Shown one piece after another: positions 1 through 12,307 of a DNA stretch of 64,000 nucleotides. The position numbers were made by a program, and so were the translations under genes. The notes under the pieces were generated by a model. That model had not been told where the DNA came from, searched no databases, and saw only the letters and a list, made by a program, of their open reading frames with translations. Origin of the DNA: Octopus vulgaris. Lineage: Eukaryota. Within the stretch, counting starts at the first letter, position 1. Every line of letters begins with the position of its first letter. The stretch covers positions 6,944,001 to 7,008,000 of the forward strand of contig OX597825.1 in assembly GCA_951406725.2 (NCBI GenBank). Direction: 5' to 3'.

Positions 1-736
1 CTTTACAAACTAATGGCATCTCTGAATATACAAGGAACGGACAGTAAACTAATGAGAAAAACGCAAGAGCAGCGAAGAAGAGTTTCGAATTAGCTGAAGA
101 AACATCAAAGGAAATATAGACGAAAGTAGATTAGGCAAAAGTTATTGAAAATCCTAATAGATTATTTATGAAGATAGGTGTAGTTATAAAGGGGGGAAGA
201 AAACCAAAAAAACTAACAGACTATTAGTGAAAAGTATCAAGGATCTATTGCATGGTCTATTACTAAAGGAGATGTAGGTAATTAGTATAAAAAAAAAGTA
301 TTCTGCTAGTATAATTCAATATTTATTATTTATGTATTATCAGCTTATTTTCTGTGGTGTAACAGTTCACCATAATAACCTGCTATCTTACTTTACACTT
401 GGTGAAACAATTCAAGATTCTCGAACTAACGGATGATACCTGGAATAACGATAACGCTCATTCTAAGCTGAGATAACTAGGCAACGTTTAAAATATAATA
501 TGCACTAAAAACTAAATATATTTTAGTTTTTAAGCAGTGACTTTGAGAAGATTGAATTAACTCTAGTCATCTGAATTCATTCAATAAATAAATACTTTAA
601 AAATTGGAAGATTTTATTAAAGGGAAATTATAGAAAAGATCTGGAAGATTCGTGAGATGGTAATGGTAAATCAGGGAATCAAACAAATCTAGAAGTAACA
701 AAAAAAAATCTGATCTCACTTTGAGGAAAAATCATG

Positions 737-780
737 GTCTGTCTGTCTGTCTATCTATCTCTTTTCTCTCTCTTTCTTTC

Positions 781-850
<70 letters not shown>

Positions 851-1210
851 AATCTATCTATATATATATACACATAGTGTACATACATTGATGCATCCAT
901 ACAGACAAATATACATATATACATACACATACACACATTCATACATGCACATATGTACATACATGCCCATACATACATACTACAAACACACATACATACA
1001 TACACATACATACAAAGATGCTTACATACAGACATATATACATATATGTATATATATACACACACATGCACATAATACATATATACATACACATGTACAT
1101 ACACACACACATACATTCATAAATGCACATATATATATATAGGTCCATACACACAGGCCCACACATACATACATACTACATACTCACAAACACACACATA
1201 CATACATACA
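737..1210. repeat. Compound microsatellite (TCTG)n/(TCTA)n followed by degenerate (TA/CA)n
   Basis: Directly visible tetra- and dinucleotide runs. Confidence 0.95.
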
Positions 1211-1449
1211 ATGAAAGACAATATTCCTGAGGAAAAGAATGTCAGAAATTCTTTTACAAGTCTAGACTACACCTGTCATCAGCCTCAACCACGTTACATG
1301 GTACGAAGGAATTCTGATGTTGACCTATAAAAGTATGGAAAAATTCATTTCTTTGTTACGGTCATGAGATGGTCTGTAATAAAAACCTGCACAACCAATG
1401 CCAAGCATTAACCAACATGTTCCCTAATTTGCTAAACATTTGCTATTTC

Positions 1450-1837
1450 TGTGTGTGTGTGTGTGGTGTGAGTGTGTGTGTGTGTTGTGTGTATTCAGTT
1501 TTATTTCAAGATTTTTTGCTAATAGAGAAAGAGCCAGTTTCTAGCCTAGACCCAAGGCACCTTCACTGGAATATGTATGTATGTATGTGTTTGTGTGTAT
1601 GTGTATGTATGTATGTGTATGTATGTATATAAGTATATGTGTATGTATGTGTGTGTATGTGCATGTATATATGTATGTGTGTATACATATGTGTATGTAT
1701 GCATGTATGTATGCATGTATGTATGCATGTGTGTGTGTATGTATGTATGTAAAAGTATATGTGTATGTATATGTATATGTGTATACATATGTGTATGTAT
1801 GTATGTATGCATGTATGTAAGCATGTGTGTGTGTGTA
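1450..1837. repeat. Degenerate (TG)n/(TATG)n microsatellite
   Basis: Directly visible; explains the overlapping VC/MY-rich ORFs. Confidence 0.9.
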
Positions 1838-2429
1838 TTCAGATGAACATCAACATTAAATTCCTGTCTCGGCAGTTCATAAATCCACCCAAAATTTAGG
1901 TCTGTTGAGGACATATTTCTCATCACCAACAACTTTTGATGCGATGGTTGTGGTGGTGGTGGTGATGGTGCAGATAAAAATGATAAAAATGTACAAGTTA
2001 GATAAAAAAAAAAAATCAACTCACTCCCTTCTAACTAAGTCTATGAACCAACAAACTAAGATATTTTCTTTTTCTTATTTGTCAAAGGTGAGAATCTAGT
2101 CAGAATAAAAATATCCATTCTTAAAAACATTCTTCCAAAGAACTTTCAACTCTACTTTCAACTCCCATTATTTTAGTGACAAGAATATTTCACATCAGAC
2201 CTACTTTTAGTCAATAAGTATTACTATAACCACCTCACTGACAAAAAAAAAAAAATAGTATATTCTGAATAAAACATAACAGTAAGTTACACAAGCATTA
2301 AAATAGTCATGTTTAAGCCATGATAATCTTATAAACCAAAAATAACCCCAACAAAAACTAAAATTGCATTTCTGTTCATACCTTCCATTAACATTTTGTA
2401 CTTTTCCCAGTCATTATATTAAATTGTGT

Positions 2430-2581
2430 AGTTCAAATTCTGCCGAGGTGGACTTTGTCTTTCATCCTTTTGGGGTCGATAAATTAAGTACTAGTTTTGT
2501 GTACTGGGGTCGATCTAATCAACTGGCCCCCTCCCCCAAAATTTTGGGCCTTGTGAGTAGAGTAGAAAAGATTATATTATA
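2430..2581 (+). mobile_element. SINE family B, 5'-truncated
   Basis: B-box AGTTCAAATTC, central GACTTTG(C/T)CTTTCATCCTTT-GGGGTCGATAAATTAAGTAC (resembles the MetaSINE domain as I recall it), tail AGAGTAGAAAAGATTATATT; many homologous copies in window. Confidence 0.85.
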
Positions 2582-2583
2582 TT

Positions 2584-2903
2584 GTGAAGGTGTGTGGTTT
2601 AGTGTTTCGGGCATTTGACTCATGATCGTAATGTTGGGAATTCAATGCCAGGCAGTGCATTGTCCTTGAGCAAGACACTTCATTTCATATTGCTCACGTT
2701 CCCTCAGCTGGTGAAAGGAGTTGTACCTGTAATTCAAACGGCCAGCCTTGTCACATTTTGTGTCATGCTCAATCTCTTGAAGAACTACATTAAGGGTACG
2801 CATGTCTGAGGAATACTCAGCCACTTATATATCAATTTTATGGGCCGGCAGTTCTGTTGATCAGATCATCTGGAACACTTATTAACAGAACCGATGAAGT
2901 GTT
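2584..2903 (+). mobile_element. tRNA-derived SINE, mosaic of family E head/CORE and family D 3' half
   Basis: Starts GTGAAGG; CORE-like GTCCTTGAGCAAGACACTTCATTTCA shared with 30446-30787; 3' half GTTGTACCTGT...GTTGATCAGATCA..GGAAC shared with 29052-29430. Confidence 0.75.
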
Positions 2904-2904
2904 C

Positions 2905-3262
2905 TTTTATTCTTTTACTTGTTTCATTCACTTGACTGCGGCCATGCATCACCTTTAGCCGAGCAACTTGACCTCAGGATTTATTCTTTGTAAGCCTAGT
3001 ACTTATTCTATTGGTCTCTTTTGCCAAACTGCTAAGTTACGGGGACATAAATACACCAGCATCAGTTGTCAAGCAATGTTGGGGGAACAAACACAGACCC
3101 ACAAACACACACACACAACGGGCTTCTTTAAGTTTCTGATTACCAAATCCACTCACAAGGCTTTGATCAGCCCAAGGCTATGTTAGAAGACATTTGCCCA
3201 AAGTATCATGCAGTGAGATTGCACCCAGAACCATGTGGTTGGTAAGCAAGTTTCATACCACA
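2905..3262 (-). mobile_element. SINE family A
   Basis: Reverse complement of 28383-28803 element. Confidence 0.9.
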
Positions 3263-4104
3263 TTTTATTATATTATTTTCTCTAATATTTTACCTTGATT
3301 TTAGACTCTGAACTTAAAGCTTAAAATGGCCAACTTTTTTAAATGCGATATTATTATCAAATTATTATTATATTTTGTGATAGTCATACTATTTTTTTGA
3401 AATTTTGCCAAAAAATCACATGCATGAGATATCCATTCCTCACTTCGGTTTTATGATTGTTCTTATTTTCGCCTCTTTTATCAGGAAATCTTTTGTCTTC
3501 AGAGTTGCTGACAATAGATTTCCAAACAGAGACACAATAATAAACTGAACTGAACAGCAAATATATAGTGCATGTGTTTATGTGGCAAAAAGAAAAATAA
3601 ATGACATCCTGAAATGTAACAATAACTGTTTCAACACACAATTTCACATCAGGAATCTTACAAAGCAAAACCAAAAAAATTATCAAACTTTTTCCTTTAT
3701 GCCATGGATATGGAATTACTCATCGATTCACTTTAAATATCAGAATACCAGTTTCTACTTTGGGGGGACTCCAATTATTCATAGCACACAATAAATTCTC
3801 AGTTCTTCTGGTCTTTCATCATTGTACATTCTCTCTTTTCTACTTTATTAAAGACATCTAAATATTTCTAATCCAAGAGCTATTTCCTGTACATTGTAAC
3901 ATCTATGGACATACAATTTTGATATTTCTGGAACCAAAATTCAAATTTATTCCTTTTAGTGTTCACATTCCTTAACTTTATAAAGGGACTTCATTGAAAC
4001 TCCAGCATTAAATTTTAATCAACATCTTCACTCTGCTCTTTTCCATCATTTAAGTATATATACTTACCTACATACATACATGTACACACACACACACACA
4101 TATT

Positions 4105-4462
4105 AAAAGCACCATTCAAGCGTGATCGTTGCCCTAACCTTAACCGACTCCTGTGCCAGTGGCACGTAAAAAACACCATTCAAGCATGATTGTTGCCTGT
4201 GGTGCCTGACTGGTTCCTGTGCCGGTGGCACATAAAAAACACCATTTGAGCATGGTTGATGCCAGTACCACCTGACTGGCCCTCGTGCCACAGGCACCCA
4301 CTACACTCTCAGAGTGGTTGGTGTTAGGAAGGGCATCCAGGTGTAGAAACTTTGCCAGGTCAAGATTGGAGCCTGGTGCAGCCTCCTGGCTTACCAGCCT
4401 TCAGTCAAACCGTCCAACCCATGCCAGCCTGGAAAGCAGATGTTAAATAACGATGATGATGA
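4105..4462 (+). mobile_element. RTE-LINE 3' UTR fragment with three ~62-bp internal repeats and (GAT)n tail
   Basis: GGTTGG(C/T)GTTAGGAAGGGCATCCAG...CCGTCCAACCCATGC...GATGATGAT matches the 3' end of the RTE at 58171-59674. Confidence 0.85.
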
Positions 4463-4463
4463 T

Positions 4464-4512
<49 letters not shown>

Positions 4513-4720
4513 TTACCAATTTTTATATATATATATATAATAACCAAATTATTCTTTCACCAGTGGTTTGAAAATTTAATATAATGAAACAAATTTGTAT
4601 ATCTGTTCATACCTAATTCAATCAATTTACTTTACAATATTGTATGGTGATGGAATAATAGTGAATTCTCTTATCTACTTTCTGGTTCCATTTTTTTGTT
4701 TTTCTGAAATTCATATTTTG

Positions 4721-4975
<255 letters not shown>

Positions 4976-5138
4976 GGCATGGCTGTGAGGTAAGAAGCTT
5001 GCTTCCTAGCCACATGCTTCCAGGTTCATTTCCACTACTTGGTGCCTTGGGCTAACCAAAGCCTTATGAGTGAATTTGGTAGATGGAAACTGAAAGAAGC
5101 CCTTCATATTCACACATGCACCACACCACACACACACC

Positions 5139-5201
<63 letters not shown>

Positions 5202-5418
5202 GTATGCACATGGTTGTGTGTGTCCCTCACCAACATCGCTTGACAACCAATGGTGGTATGTTTACGTCCCCATAACTTAGCAGTTTGGCAAAAGAGACCA
5301 ACAGAATAAGTACTAGGCTTACAAAGAATAAGTCCTGCGGTCGATTTGCTCGACTAAAGGCGGTGCTGCAGCATGGCCACAATCAAAATAACTTTAACAA
5401 GTAAAAGAATAAAAGAAT
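4976..5418 (+). mobile_element. SINE family A with expanded internal (TA)n
   Basis: Head GGCATGGCTGTGAGGTAAGAAGC, body GGATTTGGTAGA-type, tail GTAAAAGAATAAAAGAAT. Confidence 0.9.
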
Positions 5419-5678
5419 ATATATATATATATAATAATTATTTGAGGGAATATTATTCCTAAGGTACAGGGAAAAATTTTATATTTTGCAATTTACTTAA
5501 TCATTGGTATATTATTGTTATTTTAATTTTAATATTTCTATTATATGTAATTTTCTAGATGGTGTAATTTAGTTGTTCATTTTGAATTGATAAAAGGTGT
5601 TTTTTTTCAAATTTTCCTATATATATATACACACACACATATATATATATATATACACACACATATACTCTGACACAT

Positions 5679-5717
<39 letters not shown>

Positions 5718-6339
5718 CTCATATAAACATGAGTACACACACACACACACTGCCACACATGCATCTCCTTCACTGCCATATTCTTTATTCGATTGCCACT
5801 TGTAATAATTCCTCGTCTCCTCTAAGGATACACTTTTCCTATTTCAATACCCTTATCATGCAACTCCAGCAATTGCCGGCCTATAAATATAATAAAATAC
5901 ACACCAACACTGAACTTTCTATTGATATATGTGTCTCCTTGTGTATCGGAATCTCGTATGTTAATTATAACATAACAATGCAGATTCGAAGAGAAGGAGG
6001 CAAAGAAATGCTAACAGGTAGATGCTGATGCAGGAGAATGGTTGTGTTTAATATGAAGCACATGCATTCTTCAGGAAATAAGTAGGAGACATAGACAAGA
6101 AATGTCAGCCGGCACACACAATTTTTGGTGAATGACTGATGGCTGGAAACAAAAGAATTAGATTCGGTTTCAGTGACAAGGTTTAAATGGTTGCGAAACA
6201 ATGTAGCCGAAGAGATGTGCTGATGCGAGTGGAAAAGCACGAGAATGATGTTGGACAAAAGATGGGGAAAAAAAATTGGAAACCAAAGGAGGAACTGGAA
6301 CCAAATGTAATAAATGTTACTACCATGACAATATAAGTA

Positions 6340-7028
6340 ACCATGGTAACAGTGATGGAGGTGGTGGTGGTGGTGGTGATAGGTTGTGATAGTGGTGGCA
6401 GGCAGGTGGTGGTAGTGGTTGTCGCTGTCATACTGGTGGTCATCATCATCATCATGATGGTGATGGTTGTGGTGGTTGCGGTGGTTGTGGTAGGGGATCA
6501 TGGTGATGGTGGGTGGTGGTGATGGTGGCAGACAGTGATTGTGGATGGTGGTGATGGGTAGTGGTGGTGATGGTGGGTAGTAGTGGTCTTTATCATCATC
6601 ATGATGATGGTGATGGTTGTGGTGGTGGCGGTGGTGGTAGGGGTCATGGTGATGGTAAGTGGTGGTGATGGTGGCAGGTGGTGGATGGTAGTTGTGGACA
6701 GTGGTTGTGGATGGTGGTGGTGGTGGGATTGTGGCAGTGGTGGTGGCATGTGATGGTGGTCATCATCATAGTTGTACTGGTGGAGTTCATCCTCATCGTC
6801 AACATGGTGGTGGTGGTAATGGTGGTGGTATAGGTGGCAGGTCGGGGTTGTGGCAAATGGTAGTTGTGGACAGTGGTTGTGGATGGTGGTGATGGTGGTG
6901 GTCGCACTCATAGTTGTAGTGGTGGAGTTCATCCTCGTCGTTATCATGGTGGTGGTGGTGGTGGCAGGTTGGGGTTGTGGTAGATGGTGGTTCTGGACAG
7001 TGGTTGTGGATGGTGGTGATGGTGGTGG
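6340..7028. repeat. (TGG)n-based low-complexity array with higher-order duplications
   Basis: 6434-6530 resembles 6584-6680; 6767-6901 resembles 6910-7028. Confidence 0.85.
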
Positions 7029-7499
7029 AAGTAACTATGACTAAGATAATAACGGCAGTTAAAAAATCAAATTTAGAATGGAAGTTAGTGAAAGATAATT
7101 AACCTAGGAATAAAATAAGGCTTAATGGAACTAATTAGAAACATGTTTGAAGAGAGGATCAAGAAATATCCACCATGCACTTACCAAAAAGAAAGAAAAA
7201 AACAAAAAGAAAAAAAACAAAATTTAGACAACAATAAAAAAAAAATGGTTTTGGATTCTGAATTGGTTTTCAAAGTTCTGCATTATTGACTAGATACATG
7301 AGAATATAGTTAATTAATTTAGTCTAATAAGTTAGTTTTAGATTGTATAGTAATTATTGGTAAAAGGTGCTAGTGCTGCCCAACCTCAAACTCATCATAT
7401 TTATAATCATAACCATTATTAGTTTTTTTTGTTTTTTTTTGAGTAGATCTATTTCACTAATAAGGTAGTCCATTACCAAATAATGCTAAATCATTCAGG

Positions 7500-7589
7500 T
7501 ATGTGTTTATGCATATATATGTGCATATATATATGCACATATATATATTCACATATATTTGCATATATATGTGTGTATATATATACATA

Positions 7590-7687
<98 letters not shown>

Positions 7688-7709
7688 TATATATGTATAT
7701 ATACATATA

Positions 7710-7795
<86 letters not shown>

Positions 7796-7817
7796 ATATA
7801 TATATCATCATCATCAT

Positions 7818-7916
<99 letters not shown>

Positions 7917-7945
7917 CATATATAAAAAGCATATATATATTATAT
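7500..7945. repeat. (TA)n microsatellite with embedded (CAT)n
   Basis: Directly visible. Confidence 0.95.
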
Positions 7946-8108
7946 GGCATTACATTAGATGTATGTATTATATTTTATATGCATAAGAGCAGTAAGTTAT
8001 TAAGAAAGACTGGTTTGTTGGGGTAATTATGGAGAACAAGCAAGGCAGGCAATAATCCCACAATGCTGAGATAATCAGGCAATTATAGACAACTAATAAG
8101 GCAGTTAG

Positions 8109-8147
<39 letters not shown>

Positions 8148-8708
8148 TATGTATATGTATATATATGTGTATATATATATATGTATATGTATATATATGT
8201 GTGTATATATATATATTTATATGATAAGGCAGTCCATTATAATGTAAAACTATAATGTATGTAATGTAGACTGTTGTCAAGAAATGCTGACCTGTTCAAT
8301 TAAAATCTATGCATCAACCAATTCCACACTCACTGAAGATTCTACAGACATGATTTCAAATCAAAACTACATTAATTCTTCCCCCCGAGCCATTGGAAGC
8401 AATAGGAGTTGAGGTTAATTTGGGTTGAGAAACAAACTGACTGCTCTACGGAATGCTAATTTATAAGCTACAAGTTTGACAGAGAAATGTTATTTATTTT
8501 ATGAGTTTTTGGAGAAGGAGAATGTTGAATGGAAGTCACTTGTCAATATACGAAATCACTTCTATGGATACGAATAGATGAAATGATAAATAGAGAGCCA
8601 GCTACTTTATGCACACACGGCAATTTTTTTTTTTTTCAGCCTGACAAGAATAGGGTCCATTTTGTTAAGTAAAGGAGAATGAAATTGGATATGTGTGTGT
8701 GTGTGTGT

Positions 8709-8750
<42 letters not shown>

Positions 8751-8891
8751 TAGATATGTTTTGACCAAAGATTGGTCCAGGCCATGTCTAACTTAATAGA
8801 ACCACCTGATATTTATATATATATATATATATATATAGATAGATATATATGTATGTATATATATGTATATGTATATATATGTATACATATG

Positions 8892-8945
<54 letters not shown>

Positions 8946-8957
8946 AAAATATATATG

Positions 8958-8992
<35 letters not shown>

Positions 8993-9187
8993 TAGGTGGG
9001 TGGAGGGATGGATATACATATATATACATGTTTGTATATCATGCACGCATCCACATACATCATTCCTTCATGCCAGCATTATTTTTCCCTCTTTTGCGTG
9101 CACTTCTGTACTCTGTAGCTAATTCAGTTCTTGACCAAATTAAATGCTGACATGTTCATTGAAAAGGACCAGCACTTCACTCTATTG

Positions 9188-9195
9188 TCATCATC

Positions 9196-9248
<53 letters not shown>

Positions 9249-9428
9249 CACTATCATCATCTTCATCTTCATCATCATCATCAGCACCACCATCATCATT
9301 TAAGATCTATTTTCTATGCTGGCATGATTATGATTATCGTTATTATTATGATAGTGATGATGATGATTATTATTATGATGATGATGATGATTATGATTAT
9401 TATTATTATTATTATGATGATGATGATG
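9188..9428. repeat. (CAT)n tract followed by (GAT/TAT)n tract
   Basis: Directly visible; the two tracts are partly complementary. Confidence 0.9.
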
Positions 9429-10169
9429 CTACTTATATCTATGACTATGGAACTGGCATGTTCATGCATGTGCTTCTGCACAAGTGCATTCATACACACA
9501 TATTCACTCTCTGTTCTGCAAAGCTTACTTAAAAACCTTCCTTTCGGTTCCTTCAATACACATACATCAAACATAATATTAACATTTTCCGAACATTAAC
9601 AACTTTCAGATTTAATTCCAGCAAAACCCTTCACGAACCCACCATCAAGCGAATTAACCAACCACTGGCAAAATACACATGAACTAATCCGAGAGAGGTT
9701 ATCTGGTAGTCAGCTGGAATCCTGGATTGTGTTTCCATTATCATTAATTGGAATTAAGCAATAAATATGGAAATGAGTTCTACGGCAGTCATGGACATTT
9801 CTCATTTACTGGTGTATTTCCATTTATATGGTGTTAAAGATGAAACATATAACAATATTGCGGAGGCTATCTGTAAAACAAAAGGCCAGACATGTTGGAG
9901 ACAACCCTGTGAGCAAGTGAACATCTTGAATTGTTGAGAGGAAACGAAATGATGGACGTTTCCTATTTTAAACTGATAATAAGTGACACCACAGATGGTC
10001 ATTATGTTTCCAGACTCATCACTTGTAGATTAAATGCTGTGTTACTCCAGGAAGTGATTCTATCTTTTCTTAATCTCTAAATACACTAAATTTAATACAA
10101 TAAATATTTATCTAGACATATGTATAAATAAGGTGTATATTTTCACACACACACACACACACACACATA

Positions 10170-10386
10170 TCATCATCATCATCATCATCGTTTAACATCC
10201 GCTTTCCATGCTAGCATGGGTTGGACGATTTGACTGAGGTCTGGCGAACCAGATGGCTGCACCAGATGGCTGCACCAGACTCTAATCTGATCTGGCAGAG
10301 TTTCTACAGCTGGATGCCCTTCCTAACGCCAACCACTTCGAGAGTGTAGTGGGTGCTTTTACGTGCCAGTTAGGTGGTACTGGCAA
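10170..10386 (-). mobile_element. RTE-LINE 3' end with internal 13-bp tandem duplication
   Basis: (CAT)n CGTTTAACATCCGCTTTCCATGCTAGCATGGGTTGGACG...; ACCAGATGGCTGC occurs twice in tandem. Confidence 0.9.
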
Positions 10387-10675
10387 CAAACAAGTATGGG
10401 GTGCATTGCGTTATATATATTTAGATATATGTATACAGAGTAAACGCATAAATGTGAAACAAGGTAGAAAAAATAGTACTTGAATACCATTGCAGAACTG
10501 TTACTTTAATGAGTTGTATTTATTTATCACCCAATGAGATACATCTGCACCACCGGATGCCCCTGAACCAGTTATTGAGTGTCCCACTCATGAGGAATCG
10601 ATGCTAGATCTGTCGAAACAATTGTTGTGATTAATAATAAATTCTTATATATTCCACCTTCAGTCTTTCATTTGC

Positions 10676-10714
<39 letters not shown>

Positions 10715-11400
10715 AATTGTCTATATATATATACATATATATATATATCCAATTGTCTATATATATATATATATATGCATATATATCTATATCTATATAT
10801 ACACACACATATATAGATATATATATGTATATATATACACACATCCAAATATACATACACACACAAGTGTATTTGGGAGTAATTAATGAGGCTGTAGGCT
10901 TATATTGTATTCGATATGATTCTCAGATTTCTCTTTTGGTGTTTTTCCTCTGCCACAGACTTATGTCACAGTTCATAAATATTTATGACTGTTCATAAAT
11001 TACAATTGAATTCTCTCCAAATTAAACTTAAGATGAATTAAATGCATTCCGTTGAGTTCATGTATATCTCACTGACTATAAATCATATATAAATTTAACG
11101 ACAGAGCACAAATGAGCTGAGAGAAAAACCGATGTTAGAACGAAGAGAAGCGACTACATTTGTGTAGATATGGAAGACGAGAGTTCGGTAAAAACAATTC
11201 CAGTAAGAGAAATTCGAAGAGGAAGAACATTAGAGAAGACATGGGAAGTAAGAGTGGAGCTGACCTAAAGAGACTGAACCTTAGGATGAAGATGATTGAA
11301 AGTGATGTGTGATGCTGGGAAAGGCATTCGTGTCTATGAGAGTGAGGGAAAATTTATGTGAAAATTGTCATGAAGATTCAGAGGATAAATGTATATATGT

Positions 11401-11483
11401 AGACACTTGTTTAAGGTTCCGTGCAGTAGGACTGAACAGGAAATTACATAGCTGGCAAGCAAACTTCTTAACCATGTGACCAC
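11401..11483 (-). mobile_element. SINE family A 5' fragment, degenerate
   Basis: AGACACTTG...GGACTGAAC...GCAAGCAAACTTCTTAACCA. Confidence 0.6.
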
Positions 11484-11491
11484 ACATATAA

Positions 11492-11560
<69 letters not shown>

Positions 11561-11674
11561 CTATATATCTACGTTGTGTATATATATATATATTTATATA
11601 CATGTTCTCAAATTTGATGGACATATAGCAGTATGTAAGCTGATTCAAGAAGTCTCTAGTGAGGCTTTTTATTG

Positions 11675-11726
11675 ATGTACCTGAAGAGACCCAGAATGGG
11701 TTGAAACATGTATTGTATGTAATAAA
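11675..11726 (+). ncRNA. Degenerate minimal type-I hammerhead ribozyme followed by AATAAA (Penelope-LTR-like)
   Basis: ATGTAC-CTGAAGA-GACCCA/GAA/TGGGTT-GAAA-CATGTATT-GTATGT-AATAAA. Confidence 0.55.
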
Positions 11727-11763
11727 GTCTATTACACATTATATCTCCTATTTTATTAATACT

Positions 11764-11808
<45 letters not shown>

Positions 11809-11917
11809 ATGTGTATATGATATATAACTAGTTATATATTACATTACATTTGTGATTCTTTTCTAATTTCTCGTTAAAACAGGTTCAGGCATGAAGAAAT
11901 TGTTATCATGTTTGAAA

Positions 11918-12020
11918 ATGATTGAGGGTTGGTGATGGGGGAGGCATCTGGCTGTAGAAAACCTGCTGCACAGTGAATTTTGTCTGATCCATGCAAGCAT
12001 GGAAAAGTGGATGTTAAAAC
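11918..12020 (+). mobile_element. Old RTE-type 3' end
   Basis: GGCATCTGGCTGTAGAAA...CCATGCAAGCATGGAAAAGTGGATGTTAAA. Confidence 0.65.
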
Positions 12021-12100
12021 TATGCTACTGTTGATATATATATATATATGTTTGTGTGTATGTGTGTATGTGTGTATGTGTGTGTGGGTGTGTGTGTGTA

Positions 12101-12169
<69 letters not shown>

Positions 12170-12171
<2 letters not shown>

Positions 12172-12219
12172 CATCATCATCATTTAACATCCGCTTTTCA
12201 TGCTAGCATGGGTTGGAAC
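12170..12219 (-). mobile_element. RTE-LINE extreme 3' end in (TA)n
   Basis: (CAT)n TTAACATCCGCTTTTCATGCTAGCATGGGTTGGA. Confidence 0.8.
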
Positions 12220-12239
12220 GCATATGTGCATATATATAT

Positions 12240-12307
<68 letters not shown>

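Noticed and set aside
4105-4300. CRISPR-like repeat-spacer appearance (also 57609-57740)
   Set aside because: Spacers are homologous to each other, repeats lie in a LINE UTR, eukaryotic context, no cas genes
5965-7044. His/Thr-rich ORFs as a histidine-rich structural protein
   Set aside because: Overlapping frames on both strands of a (TGG)n array; no signal peptide or consistent frame
9802-9900. Possible minus-strand terminal exon after TTTTGTTTTACAG
   Set aside because: Good acceptor but short, unrecognisable peptides and no upstream exon identified
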